The translations under genes were made by a program, and so were the position numbers. 64,000 nt of DNA from positions 11,409 to 75,408 of the forward strand of contig JACESI010000011.1 in assembly GCA_013911885.1 (NCBI GenBank). The letters run 5' to 3'. The notes under the pieces are model-generated. The model did no database searches. It had not been told where the DNA came from and saw only the letters and a program-made list of their open reading frames with translations. Positions 51,093 to 60,586 of the stretch are shown piece after piece; position 1 is the stretch's first letter; every line of letters starts with the position of its first letter. This DNA comes from Hyphomicrobiales bacterium (GTDB lineage Bacteria; Pseudomonadota; Alphaproteobacteria; Rhizobiales; JACESI01).

Positions 51093-52370
51093 ATGACAGT
51101 GAGCGAAAATCAGGCAGCGGAGCCGGCTGCGCGATCCGGCCCGCTGTCCGGTATTCGCGTTCTCGATCTTTCGCGCATTCTGGCCGGACCGACAGCCACC
51201 CAGCTCCTCGGTGATCTCGGTGCGGATGTGATCAAGATCGAGCGTCCGGACCTTGGCGACGACACCCGCCGCTGGGGCCCGCCCTTCGTTCAGGTGAATG
51301 GCGCCGACAGTCAGGAAAGTGCCTATTATCTCTGCGCCAACCGCAACAAGCGCTCGCTCGCCATCGACATGGCAAGTGATGCGGGCCAGAAGATCATCCG
51401 CGAGATTGCGAAAGTCTCCGATATTGTGGTCGAAAATTTCAAGGTCGGCGATCTTGCCCGGCGCGGGCTTGATTACGAGAGCCTCAAAGCGATCAATCCG
51501 CGTCTGATCTATTGCTCGATTTCCGGCTTTGGCCAGAGCGGTCCCTATGCGCCGCGCGCGGGGTATGACTTTCTGATTCAGGGGATGGGCGGGATCATGA
51601 GTCTGACCGGCCAGCGTGATGAAGATGGCGGCGTCCCGACCAAGGCCGGCGTTGGCATCGCCGATGTGGTGTGCGGCATGTATGCCTCAAACGCGATCCT
51701 TGCTGCCCTTTATGTGCGGACCCGCACAGGCGCTGGCCAATATATCGATATCGCCCTTCTCGATACGCAGGTCGCCTGGCTCATCAATCAGGGCGCGGCC
51801 TATCTCACCGACCGCAAGGTGCCCGGTCGCCTGGGCAATGGTCATCCGACAATCGTGCCTTATGAGACCTTTCCCGCAAGCGACAGGCAATTCATTCTGG
51901 CGGTTGGCAATGACAGCCAGTTCAGGAAATTTCTCGAGGCGGGTGGGCGCAGCGAACTCATGGACGATCCGCGTTTTGCGACCAATGTCGCGCGGGTGCG
52001 GAACCGCGACCATGTCGTTCCCGTGATCGCTGAAATCACGCGCACCCGCAGCGCGGATGAGTGGCTCGACATCCTGTCAAAGAACGGCGTACCCTGCGGC
52101 CCGGTCAACAATCTCGAAGATGTGTTCAGCGATCCGCAGATTCGCCATCGGGAAATGGAAATCGTGATGGCGCATGAAACGGCGGATGCGGGTCACGTCA
52201 CTCTTATTGGCAATCCGATCAAATTGAGCGATACACCCGTAACCTATCGTCTTGCGCCGCCGCGTGTCGGCGAGCATTCCGCTGAGATTCTGCGCGATCT
52301 TCTCAATCTTTCCGAAGCCGAGATCAAGGCCCTCACGGCGAGTGGCGCGATCTCCGACGGACGCCTCTGA
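51093..52370 (+). CDS. Family III CoA-transferase (CaiB/BaiF/Frc family)
   Basis: 425 aa. LSGIRVLDLSRILAGPTATQLLGDLGADVIKIE and the catalytic Asp context (GYDFLIQGMGG). Confidence 0.9.
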   Translation: MTVSENQAAEPAARSGPLSGIRVLDLSRILAGPTATQLLGDLGADVIKIERPDLGDDTRRWGPPFVQVNGADSQESAYYLCANRNKRSLAIDMASDAGQKIIREIAKVSDIVVENFKVGDLARRGLDYESLKAINPRLIYCSISGFGQSGPYAPRAGYDFLIQGMGGIMSLTGQRDEDGGVPTKAGVGIADVVCGMYASNAILAALYVRTRTGAGQYIDIALLDTQVAWLINQGAAYLTDRKVPGRLGNGHPTIVPYETFPASDRQFILAVGNDSQFRKFLEAGGRSELMDDPRFATNVARVRNRDHVVPVIAEITRTRSADEWLDILSKNGVPCGPVNNLEDVFSDPQIRHREMEIVMAHETADAGHVTLIGNPIKLSDTPVTYRLAPPRVGEHSAEILRDLLNLSEAEIKALTASGAISDGRL

Positions 52371-52388
52371 ACCTGAAGGAAAATCCCC

Positions 52389-53981
52389 ATGCGTGGTGCC
52401 GACATTATTGCAAAGAAACTGGCCGCCGCCGGATCGAAAACGGCTTTCGGTATTCCGGGCGGCGAAGTTCTCACCTTCCTTGATGCGCTGCGGGCGGCGG
52501 AAATCGACTTTGTGCTGGTCAAGCACGAAAACGCCGGCGGTTTCATGGCGGAGGGAACCTGGCACGCGACCGGTGCGCCCGCGATCCTTGTTGCAACCAT
52601 CGGCCCCGGTGTTGCAAACGCAGTCAATGTCGTCGCAAACGCGATGCAGGACCGGGTGCCGCTGATCTTTGTCACCGGTTGCATCGACGGCGCGGAGGCG
52701 GAGACCTATACCCATCAGGTCTTCGACCATCAGCAGATGTTGCGCCCGATCGTGAAGGCAAGCTTCCGCGCCCACGAAGGCGCGATCGGTGCGATGATGG
52801 ATAAGGCAATTGCGGTCGCGATGGGTGGCCAGCCCGGACCGGTTCATATCGACCTGCCGATCAGGGTCGCCGAGAGCGAGAGCGAGCGGCATTATGCGCC
52901 GGCCCCGGCATTGCCGAAACCGGGCCTGCCCGATGCCGCCCTTCTGGAAAGTGTCAAAAAGCGGATCACGGCTGCGAGAAAGCCGGTCGTGCTTGCCGGT
53001 GTCGACGCGCTCAACGAGGGTGCGGATATCGCGGCCTTTGCAAAGACGCTGGGCATTCCGGTTATCGCGACCTACAAGGCGAAGGGCATGCTTGATGAGC
53101 GCGATCCGCTGTCGCTCGGCGGCGCGGGACTTTCGCCGAAATCCGACAAGATTTTTCTGCCGCTTCTGGCTGACTCCGATCTCGTTCTCCTGCTTGGTTA
53201 TGACCCGATTGAAATGCGCGTCGGCTGGCGCAATGTCTGGAAACCGGAAAACGCCGTTGAGGTCACCTCGGTCGCGCGTCTGCATGGCATGCATGGTGCC
53301 GATGTCACATTGATGGGTGATGTGGCGGCGACGGTCAAAGCGCTGTCAGCCGCTCAAAAGGGGCAATACTGGGCAGATGGCGGCGCGGTGAAGGCGCGGG
53401 CTGACCTCAAGGATATGTTTGCCGTCAAATCCGAGAGCTTCGGGCCTGAACATGTTTTCCGCACCCTGCGCGAGGAGGCGCCTGATGCGACGGTGATCAC
53501 CGCCGACAGTGGCGCGCACCGCATTCTGGTAAGCCAGATGTGGGACTGCGTTGCGCCGCGCACCATGCTGCAATCCTCCGCGCTCTGCACCATGGGCTGT
53601 GCCGTGCCGCTTGCCGCCGGCTACAAGATGAGCCGACCCGAGACGCCGGTCATCGCCTTTGTTGGCGATGCGGGTTTCGAGATGATGATGGGTGATCTGT
53701 CGACACTGCGCGATCAGAAAACGCCGGTCATCATCTGCGTGCTCGTCGATGAAAGCCTTGGCCTCATCGAGTTGAAACAGCGCGCGATGCAATTGCCGAA
53801 TACCGGCGTTGATTTCTCCGGCACCGACTTTCCGACCGTTACCAGAGGTTTCGGCGGGCATGGTGTATGGATCGATGATGTCGAAACCCTGCGCAAAGAA
53901 TTTCAGGCAGCCCTGACACGCGATACCTTTACGGTGCTCTGTCCGCGGATCGGGCGCCGGGCTTATGAAGGCAAGTTCTAG
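52389..53981 (+). CDS. Thiamine-diphosphate-dependent enzyme (acetolactate synthase/oxalyl-CoA decarboxylase superfamily)
   Basis: 530 aa. N-terminal PYR domain (GIPGGEVLTFLDAL) and C-terminal ThDP motif GDAGFEMMMGDLST...(N). Begins 18 nt after the CoA-transferase gene. Confidence 0.9.
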   Translation: MRGADIIAKKLAAAGSKTAFGIPGGEVLTFLDALRAAEIDFVLVKHENAGGFMAEGTWHATGAPAILVATIGPGVANAVNVVANAMQDRVPLIFVTGCIDGAEAETYTHQVFDHQQMLRPIVKASFRAHEGAIGAMMDKAIAVAMGGQPGPVHIDLPIRVAESESERHYAPAPALPKPGLPDAALLESVKKRITAARKPVVLAGVDALNEGADIAAFAKTLGIPVIATYKAKGMLDERDPLSLGGAGLSPKSDKIFLPLLADSDLVLLLGYDPIEMRVGWRNVWKPENAVEVTSVARLHGMHGADVTLMGDVAATVKALSAAQKGQYWADGGAVKARADLKDMFAVKSESFGPEHVFRTLREEAPDATVITADSGAHRILVSQMWDCVAPRTMLQSSALCTMGCAVPLAAGYKMSRPETPVIAFVGDAGFEMMMGDLSTLRDQKTPVIICVLVDESLGLIELKQRAMQLPNTGVDFSGTDFPTVTRGFGGHGVWIDDVETLRKEFQAALTRDTFTVLCPRIGRRAYEGKF

Positions 53982-53986
53982 GATCT

Positions 53987-54014
53987 GTGGATCTATGAGA
54001 TCCACGGTTTTTAC
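53987..54014 (+). terminator. Rho-independent terminator after the ThDP enzyme gene
   Basis: GTGGATCT-atg-AGATCCAC followed by GGTTTTTAC. Confidence 0.6.
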
Positions 54015-54124
54015 TTGTGAGATTCAGGAATTCGGCAGATAAAGCAGTAATAAAATTCCTTTCGATATAAGGATTGCCAATTCTATAATTAAATGCTGAA
54101 AAATATTTTTAATAAAGGTGGCCT

Positions 54125-55288
54125 GTGAAGCTCTTTAATAAAATAAAATCTAAATATCAATTGGTCTCCTCCCTGAAATATATACGATTTTCAACGCTTA
54201 CACGCCCTATGATTGCTGTAAAGCCTCTTGAAACTAGAATTGCATCGCATAAAATAAATATTGGTGACGATTTTTTATTGCGTGTGCAGGAATGTTACAA
54301 GCGTGCCACGAAAGATTATCAGAGCAACACAAAAAGCATGTGGCATGATTTAGAGGATAAAAATGCTGATTTTATAGCAGCGCTTTTATCAGATAGCCCA
54401 GAGAAACTGAGAAATTATGCTGAAAACCTATATTCAGGTAATTTATTGATGGGAATGGGCCATGTTCAAGGCTTCATACATGGTAAAAAAACAATATATC
54501 CCAAGAAATATTTTTCCTTACGTATAATTGATGCAACACTTTTGCTGGCAGAGGCTTTGGGTGTGAATTCACTGCCATCCAATCAGCAAACATCATGGGA
54601 TAATTATATCAGATATATGAACCAGGATCTTTCTGAAATCATATCTGAAGTCGAAAATATTCTTGGATATCAAATATCAACGAAAGAAATTGGATGTCCG
54701 CCAGTGGCTGAAATTGGAGATAGGCTCTTTAATCCAGATTTTATTCGCCATGCATATATCATGCACAGAATAGAACAAATTGGAATCGATAAGGATGCGA
54801 ATATTCTTGAAATAGGTGGAGGATATGGCTGCGTCGCTTACTTTGCAAATCTTAAAGGCTATAAAAATTATCATATAATCGACTTGCCTTATGTAAATGC
54901 GATTCAAATGTTGTTCCTTGGAGCGGCGCTCGGGCCAAATAATGTAAGTGGATATGGCGAGGAGAAATCAAGTATACAATTAATACCTAGTAACGAAAAA
55001 ATGAATATTTTAAAAAAGAGTTTTGATTTAGCACTTAACATGGATTCCTTGCCCGAAATTGCCGAGGAAGAAGCAATTCAATATATGCAATTAATTGAGC
55101 GGACGTCAAAATGCTTGATTTCTATCAATCAGGAGGCGCAAAAAATCTATAAAAACATGGGAGAACAAAACCTGGTTCGCAACCTGGTCCGAGTAAACGC
55201 GCCCAGTTTAAAATTATCATCTCGGCAAAAATACTGGATGGAACAAGGTTATGCGGAAGAAATATACCAAAATACGTCAAGAAAGTAA
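54125..55288 (+). CDS. SAM-dependent methyltransferase (resembles 'putative sugar O-methyltransferase' family) in an AT-rich insertion
   Basis: 387-aa ORF with motif I ILEIGGGYG. AT-rich Lys/Asn/Ile-biased codon usage unlike all neighbouring genes. The start (GTG 54125) is uncertain; ATG 54209 is an alternative. Confidence 0.6.
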   Translation: MKLFNKIKSKYQLVSSLKYIRFSTLTRPMIAVKPLETRIASHKINIGDDFLLRVQECYKRATKDYQSNTKSMWHDLEDKNADFIAALLSDSPEKLRNYAENLYSGNLLMGMGHVQGFIHGKKTIYPKKYFSLRIIDATLLLAEALGVNSLPSNQQTSWDNYIRYMNQDLSEIISEVENILGYQISTKEIGCPPVAEIGDRLFNPDFIRHAYIMHRIEQIGIDKDANILEIGGGYGCVAYFANLKGYKNYHIIDLPYVNAIQMLFLGAALGPNNVSGYGEEKSSIQLIPSNEKMNILKKSFDLALNMDSLPEIAEEEAIQYMQLIERTSKCLISINQEAQKIYKNMGEQNLVRNLVRVNAPSLKLSSRQKYWMEQGYAEEIYQNTSRK

Positions 55289-55376
55289 TCTAATATTATT
55301 GTAGAGAAGCAAATGTGAAGCCGTGGGGCGTCGGATCGCCCGGTGTCATTTCAATCCGCATCACCCGCGTTTTCGC

Positions 55377-55847
55377 TCACTCTACTACCTGATCGTGGAT
55401 TGCCTTGAACACGGTGTCGAGCTCACCGGCCATTGCCTTCAGATCGGGTTTGGCATCAGCGAAATAGGGGGAAAAGACGGTGGTCGGGGTCTTGTAGGAG
55501 AGTGTCGATGTGCCGTCGGCGTTTTCGGTGAGATAGAACCGGATTGGCGCCTCGATGCCGGCGGGAATGCTTGCTTCCAGCATTCTCACCGCCCAGACAT
55601 TGTTGTAGACGCCGACGACCCGGTTGCCCGGAATGACGATGTTGCGGCCCTTCGCGCCGAGGGTGGCGCTTGCGGTCGTGATTTCACCCATTTTATGGGC
55701 GGCGATGGCCTGCTGTAGCCGCGGATAAAGCGCCTCGTAGGGATATTTTGTCTTGGTGATGATCCAGCCTTCGCGCGGCGTGATCTCGCCTGCGAGGGCT
55801 GAAACCGGCAGGAGAATTAAGGCGAAGACGACCGATAAAATGCGCAT
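55377..55847 (-). CDS. DUF302 domain-containing periplasmic protein
   Basis: Start trimmed to ATG 55847 (MRILSVVFALILLPVSALA signal peptide). DUF302-like body (GNRVVGVYNNVWAVRMLE...). Begins 25 nt downstream of yeeE. Confidence 0.8.
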   Translation of the reverse strand: MRILSVVFALILLPVSALAGEITPREGWIITKTKYPYEALYPRLQQAIAAHKMGEITTASATLGAKGRNIVIPGNRVVGVYNNVWAVRMLEASIPAGIEAPIRFYLTENADGTSTLSYKTPTTVFSPYFADAKPDLKAMAGELDTVFKAIHDQVVE

Positions 55848-55872
55848 GGGATGATCCTCCAGCAAGAGTGGT

Positions 55873-57105
55873 TCACAGATTGAAACGCGCCTTGGTGCGA
55901 ATGCCAAGCACGCTTCCGACAAAACCGAAGATCAGCCACCACCAGCCATGCATGGAGCCGGACACGAGGCCGCCGAGATAAGCGCCGATATTGCAGCCAT
56001 AAGAAAGCCGCGCGCCATAGCCCATCAAAAGCCCGCCGAGGATTGCGGTGAAGAGGTCGCGCGCGCTGATCCTGAGCGCCGGCTTCCATTTTCCGGCAAG
56101 GCCGGCGGCAATCATCGCGCCCAGAATGATGCCGAAATTCATCAAAGATGTGGCGTCGGCGAAAACGGAACGGCTGAGGGCTTCAGCACTCCAGGCAGGC
56201 CAGCTTGCAACTGGTATGCCGACGGAATCGAACATTTTAGCGCCCCAGAACGCAAATCCCGATGTGATGCCCCAGGGCCGGTGCAGCACGATGAGTGTTC
56301 CAATCGAGACGACGACGAGGGCAAGTGCGCCGAGACGCTTCGACCATATGCCGGTGAGGAGACTTTCGGTTCGGCCAAGGCCCTCGATTGCGCCCCATTG
56401 CCTTTTCTCGATCAGGATCGAGCCGAAATAGATCGCAGCGAGAACCGGCAGAAAGATCGCGAGCGCCCCGGGCGCGCCAAAGATCTCAACGAACGAGAAT
56501 GGCGCGAAATGCGGCAGGCCCTGCCAGAAATCGATATCGTGGGTGCCGAGCACGGAGCCGATGATGAAGAAGAAAAGCGTGATCATCATGCGGCTTGAGC
56601 CGCCGCCGGAGGTGAAAAGGGTGCCGGAAGCGCAGCCGCCGCCGAACATCATGCCGAAACCGAACATGAACGCGCCGATCGCGGAGCCCATGCCCCAGGG
56701 ATTGACGAAACCATGGGTCTCAAGGCTCCATGTCTGCCCGCCAAACCAGGGCAGTGAGACGAACCGGCCGTAATCGAGAAGCAGGAAAGACATCGAACAT
56801 GTGAGGGCGACGAGCATCATCTGTGCACGCAGACCATTGCCACGCCGCTCCACCACCATGCGCCGCCATGCCGCCGTGAAGCCGAACGAGGCATGGTATA
56901 GCGCGAAACCGGCAAAGCCGCCGACCATGACCGCGCCGACATGATTGACCGGCCCGTTCTGGAACGCGAGAAAGGCGAGATAGGCAAGGCACAAAAGGCC
57001 GATCGCAATCACCAATCCCTGTTTTCTCGGAAGCAGCGGCAAAGCCCCTGGGGGATGCGGTGCGCCCTTTACATTGTAATCTTGAATATGCGCGAAGTTT
57101 GCCAT
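55873..57105 (-). CDS. YeeE/YedE family inner-membrane protein (thiosulfate/sulfur-compound transporter family)
   Basis: 410 aa, highly hydrophobic. Repeated GGCASG / YGCNIG-type motifs characteristic of YeeE/YedE. Confidence 0.85.
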   Translation of the reverse strand: MANFAHIQDYNVKGAPHPPGALPLLPRKQGLVIAIGLLCLAYLAFLAFQNGPVNHVGAVMVGGFAGFALYHASFGFTAAWRRMVVERRGNGLRAQMMLVALTCSMSFLLLDYGRFVSLPWFGGQTWSLETHGFVNPWGMGSAIGAFMFGFGMMFGGGCASGTLFTSGGGSSRMMITLFFFIIGSVLGTHDIDFWQGLPHFAPFSFVEIFGAPGALAIFLPVLAAIYFGSILIEKRQWGAIEGLGRTESLLTGIWSKRLGALALVVVSIGTLIVLHRPWGITSGFAFWGAKMFDSVGIPVASWPAWSAEALSRSVFADATSLMNFGIILGAMIAAGLAGKWKPALRISARDLFTAILGGLLMGYGARLSYGCNIGAYLGGLVSGSMHGWWWLIFGFVGSVLGIRTKARFNL

Positions 57106-57407
57106 GATGCACCCTTGAGGCTGCGGAATGTGGGCTCGTGAAACAGTCGCCTGACGCGCTTTACTTGCACCGAGGCGACCTTGTTTTTGACGAAGTTCGA
57201 ATTCTAGCTATGCATTTTAATTTGGCAAATATTACTCACTTACTTGTGATTCAGAACTTTTTTTTGTGTTGAACGCGGTATCCGGCGTTCAGGTAGTGTT
57301 CAGGCAATCTGACCGATAACGAACTATGGGAAGTGTTGCCGATTTCCATCAAGACGTGCCCTTTTCGAGTGCGCTGACGGTTACAAGGCCAACCATTGGT
57401 GAGCAAA

Positions 57408-57462
57408 CGGCATTTTGAACGGCCAGACCGCATTTTGAACGGCCAGACGGCATTTTGAACGG
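57408..57462. repeat. Tandem 20-bp repeat x2.75 (CGGCATTTTGAACGGCCAGA)
   Basis: Read directly: cggcattttgaacggccaga ccgcattttgaacggccaga cggcattttgaacgg. Ends 10 nt before the ATG at 57473. Confidence 0.9.
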
Positions 57463-57472
57463 ATTGAGAGCG

Positions 57473-58894
57473 ATGCAGGACAGATTTGGATGCGAGATCA
57501 AGGTTTCCGGTGCAAACGCTGAGGCGGCGCTTGCTGCCTGGGATGGGCTTTGCCATGCCTTTCTTGCCCATTCCGCGGCCACGCCGACTTTCCTCGGCGC
57601 GCTTTTCGAGGCTGATCCGGAGAATGTTCTGGGTCTTGCGAGCAAGGGCTTTTTCATGATTCTTGCCGGTCGCAAGGAAGTGCTTGCCGGTGCGAACAAT
57701 GCTTATCTGAAGGCGGCGTCGATCCTTGAAGAACATGGTTCCTTGCCCCGCCGCGAGATGGATTATCTGACGGCGCTCAAACTCGCGCTCTCCGGCCAGT
57801 GGGCGCGTGCGGCGATCATTCTTGATGCGATCGGCGAATATGAGCCGCATGATGCGATGGCCTTCAAACTCGCCCACGCGCTGCGCTTCATGCTGGGCGA
57901 CCGGTTCGGCCTGCGCGCCTCGAGCCTCAAGGCAATCGAGCGTTTCGGCGCTGACCATGTTGCAACCGGCTATATCTATGGCTGCCATGCCTTCGCCCTC
58001 GAAGAGACCGGCGACTACAAGGCGGCGGAAAAATTCGGCAAGCAAGGCGTTCTCATGGCGCCCGACGATGCCTGGGGTCTGCATGCGGTCGCCCATGTTT
58101 TTGACATGACGGCGCAGGCGGATGCGGGCATCGAATGGCTTGAAAAACGCGAGAAGCAATGGGCCCATTGCAACAACTTCTCGTTCCACTTTTTCTGGCA
58201 TCTGGCGCTGCATTATCTTGAAATCGGTGACTATCAGAAGGTGCTGGCGCTTTACGACAATGACATCCGCAAGGAACATACGGACGATTACCGCGACATT
58301 TCGAATGCCACGTCCCTGCTCGCCCGCCTTGAAGGTTTGGGCGTTGATGTCGGCCAGCGCTGGGAAGAACTGAACGCGCTCTGCGAACGCCGCACCGAGG
58401 ATAATTGCGTTGTCTTCGCCGACCTGCACTATATGCAGGCGCTCGGCCGCGTGAACAATGTAAAGGCGATGGACAAGCTGATCGCCACGCTCCAGTCCAA
58501 CGCCGAACTCGGCCTGCGCGATATGGATGACGTGAACCGGGTTGCAGGTGTCATCGCCGCCAAGGGAATCCGTGCCTATTATGAAGGGGATTTCAACGCA
58601 GCCTTCGATCGCCTCGCCGCCGCTCGCCCCGCCATGCAGCAGATCGGCGGCAGCCACGCCCAGCGCGATAATTTCGAGCGCACGCTGATCGATGCGGGCC
58701 TTAAGGCCGGTCGTTACCGCGAGGCGAAGGCCCTGATCGAGGACAGAACCTGGCGGCGCAGCGTCGAAGACAATTTCGCCCGTGACCGGATGAGAGCCGC
58801 CCTTTCCGAATCTTTCGCACCGCAGAACACGAATGCTGCACCCAGCGTGATCAGCAGAACGCCGAAGATTGCCCTCGTATCCGTCCGCAATTGA
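57473..58894 (+). CDS. Tetratricopeptide-repeat protein (TTC38-like)
   Basis: Start placed at ATG 57473, preceded by GAGAG. All-helical, TPR-like repeats. Resembles the bacterial TTC38 family opening (...AALAAWDGLCHAFLAH...). Confidence 0.65.
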   Translation: MQDRFGCEIKVSGANAEAALAAWDGLCHAFLAHSAATPTFLGALFEADPENVLGLASKGFFMILAGRKEVLAGANNAYLKAASILEEHGSLPRREMDYLTALKLALSGQWARAAIILDAIGEYEPHDAMAFKLAHALRFMLGDRFGLRASSLKAIERFGADHVATGYIYGCHAFALEETGDYKAAEKFGKQGVLMAPDDAWGLHAVAHVFDMTAQADAGIEWLEKREKQWAHCNNFSFHFFWHLALHYLEIGDYQKVLALYDNDIRKEHTDDYRDISNATSLLARLEGLGVDVGQRWEELNALCERRTEDNCVVFADLHYMQALGRVNNVKAMDKLIATLQSNAELGLRDMDDVNRVAGVIAAKGIRAYYEGDFNAAFDRLAAARPAMQQIGGSHAQRDNFERTLIDAGLKAGRYREAKALIEDRTWRRSVEDNFARDRMRAALSESFAPQNTNAAPSVISRTPKIALVSVRN

Positions 58895-59068
58895 GGCGGC
58901 ACAGATCCCCGGCTTCGACCGGGTAGTTGCCGGGTTGACACAGCGTTGCCCCGGCGGCCATAAGACGACAAACCGGCGGTCATGGGTCGTGCCCTGTGGT
59001 CACAGGACCGGCAGGAAGATGAAGGCTGCCTCGCACGCGGCAAACGTTGCCTTTCAGGATGATCAGGT

Positions 59069-60484
59069 ATGAATGAACTTTCGACGCGCCGTTCGATGAG
59101 TGGCCTTGCTGTTTCCTCGGATGCCAGGGGCGATTTGATTGGCCGTGATCAGAAACCGTTCGCAGCGCCGCCGGCGAAACGTCCGCGTGATCTTCGCCTC
59201 GATTTCTTCCGCGGTATCGCGATGTTCATCATCCTGATTGCGCATATTCCGTGGAATGACTTGAACCTCTGGATTCCGGCGCGTTTCGGCTTTTCCGATG
59301 CGACAGAAATTTTCGTTTTCTGCTCGGGTATGGCCTCGGCCATCGCTTTTGCCTCAATATTCGACAAGCATGGCTGGTTCATGGGCGTCGCCCGTGTCCT
59401 CCACCGGGTATGGCAGGTCTATTGGGCTCATATCGGCATGTTCCTCGCGGTCTGCGTCTGGGTCTCGTTCATGGACGTACTCGCCAACCAGGGCGATTAC
59501 CTCAAGCACGATCTCAACCTCATGCCTTTTTTCCAGGCGAATACGGCACAACAGTTGCTGGGGCTTTTCACGCTCACTTATGTGCCGAACTATTTCGACA
59601 TCCTGCCAATGTATCTGGTGATCCTGCTGATGATCCCCCTTGTCATGGGCATTGCAAGAATCTCGCCGAAAGCGGCGCTCGCCTTCTGCGCCATGCTGTG
59701 GCTTGCGACGAATATAGAGACCTATATCAACGTGGCAAACGGGTCGCATTTGGCGTGGCTGCGTTTTTATGCGGAGCCATGGAACAATCCGGGCTGGCTC
59801 ACCTGGTATAATCAGGGCAATATATCGCCGGAAGCGCTTGCCGCTTTGCAGCCGCGTTTCTGGTTCTTCAATCCGTTTGGCTGGCAGCTGATTTTCTTTA
59901 CCGGCTTTGCGTTCATGCGCGGCTGGATTCCGAAACCTCCCGTCAACAAGGCGCTCATCTGGACCGCTGCCGCTTTTCTCATTCTATCGCTGCCGTTTGC
60001 CTATTATCGCGTTTTCGAGGGCGCTTTCTGGAACAAGGAAATCAATGATTGGGTGCTTTCTTTCGGGATTGCGGAACTGCGCGCCAAATATGACTGGCTG
60101 ATCTGGAAGAGCGACCTCGGCATCATCCGCTATGTGCATTTTCTCTGTGTTGGTTATCTCGCCTGGGTTGCCTGCGGCGAAAACGGCAAGCACCTTGCCG
60201 GCGACAATATCTGGGGCCGGACCGTCACCGTGATCCGCACCGTGGGTCAGCAGTCGCTTGCGATCTTCCTGTTCTCGATGGTCTCGGCGCGCATTCTCGG
60301 CTACACATTCGTCCCGCAAGCCGGCCATCCGTTCCACATCACCGATGTGCAAAGCGATTGGCGCTGGCTGCACACATTGATCATCAATGTTGCTGGCATC
60401 ATCCTGCTCATTCTGGTCGCCTATATGGTCGCCTGGTTCAAGAAGCAGCCGTGGCGAAACCCGCCCGCGCCGAAAGCGGCGTGA
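59069..60484 (+). CDS. opgC: OpgC family membrane acyltransferase-like protein
   Basis: 471 aa, about 10 TM helices. RDLRLDFFRGIAMFIILIAHIPWN...FSDATEIFVFCSG is the typical OpgC N-terminal signature. Confidence 0.75.
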   Translation: MNELSTRRSMSGLAVSSDARGDLIGRDQKPFAAPPAKRPRDLRLDFFRGIAMFIILIAHIPWNDLNLWIPARFGFSDATEIFVFCSGMASAIAFASIFDKHGWFMGVARVLHRVWQVYWAHIGMFLAVCVWVSFMDVLANQGDYLKHDLNLMPFFQANTAQQLLGLFTLTYVPNYFDILPMYLVILLMIPLVMGIARISPKAALAFCAMLWLATNIETYINVANGSHLAWLRFYAEPWNNPGWLTWYNQGNISPEALAALQPRFWFFNPFGWQLIFFTGFAFMRGWIPKPPVNKALIWTAAAFLILSLPFAYYRVFEGAFWNKEINDWVLSFGIAELRAKYDWLIWKSDLGIIRYVHFLCVGYLAWVACGENGKHLAGDNIWGRTVTVIRTVGQQSLAIFLFSMVSARILGYTFVPQAGHPFHITDVQSDWRWLHTLIINVAGIILLILVAYMVAWFKKQPWRNPPAPKAA

Positions 60485-60586
60485 CGACATGATCGCCGGA
60501 GCGCATGGTTGTGGATTGCCGATTTTTCTTGACCTTGGATAAGACGCCGCTAGCTTGCCGGACTTGAAGACAACCGGGGTGTTAAA

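Noticed and set aside
51093-53981. Specific call as formyl-CoA transferase (frc) plus oxalyl-CoA decarboxylase (oxc)
   Set aside because: Only the family-level architecture matches. The sequences do not follow the Frc/Oxc sequences I remember, and the ThDP protein is shorter. I kept them as generic family calls.
54015-55320. Mobile element, prophage remnant or IS explaining the AT-rich segment
   Set aside because: I saw no transposase, integrase, terminal inverted repeats, target-site duplication or tRNA anchor. I report it only as a compositionally foreign single-gene insertion.
57251-58657. 468-aa minus-strand ORF antisense to the TPR gene
   Set aside because: Shadow ORF. The plus-strand product has coherent helical-repeat sequence and a plausible RBS, and the minus-strand translation has no recognisable features.
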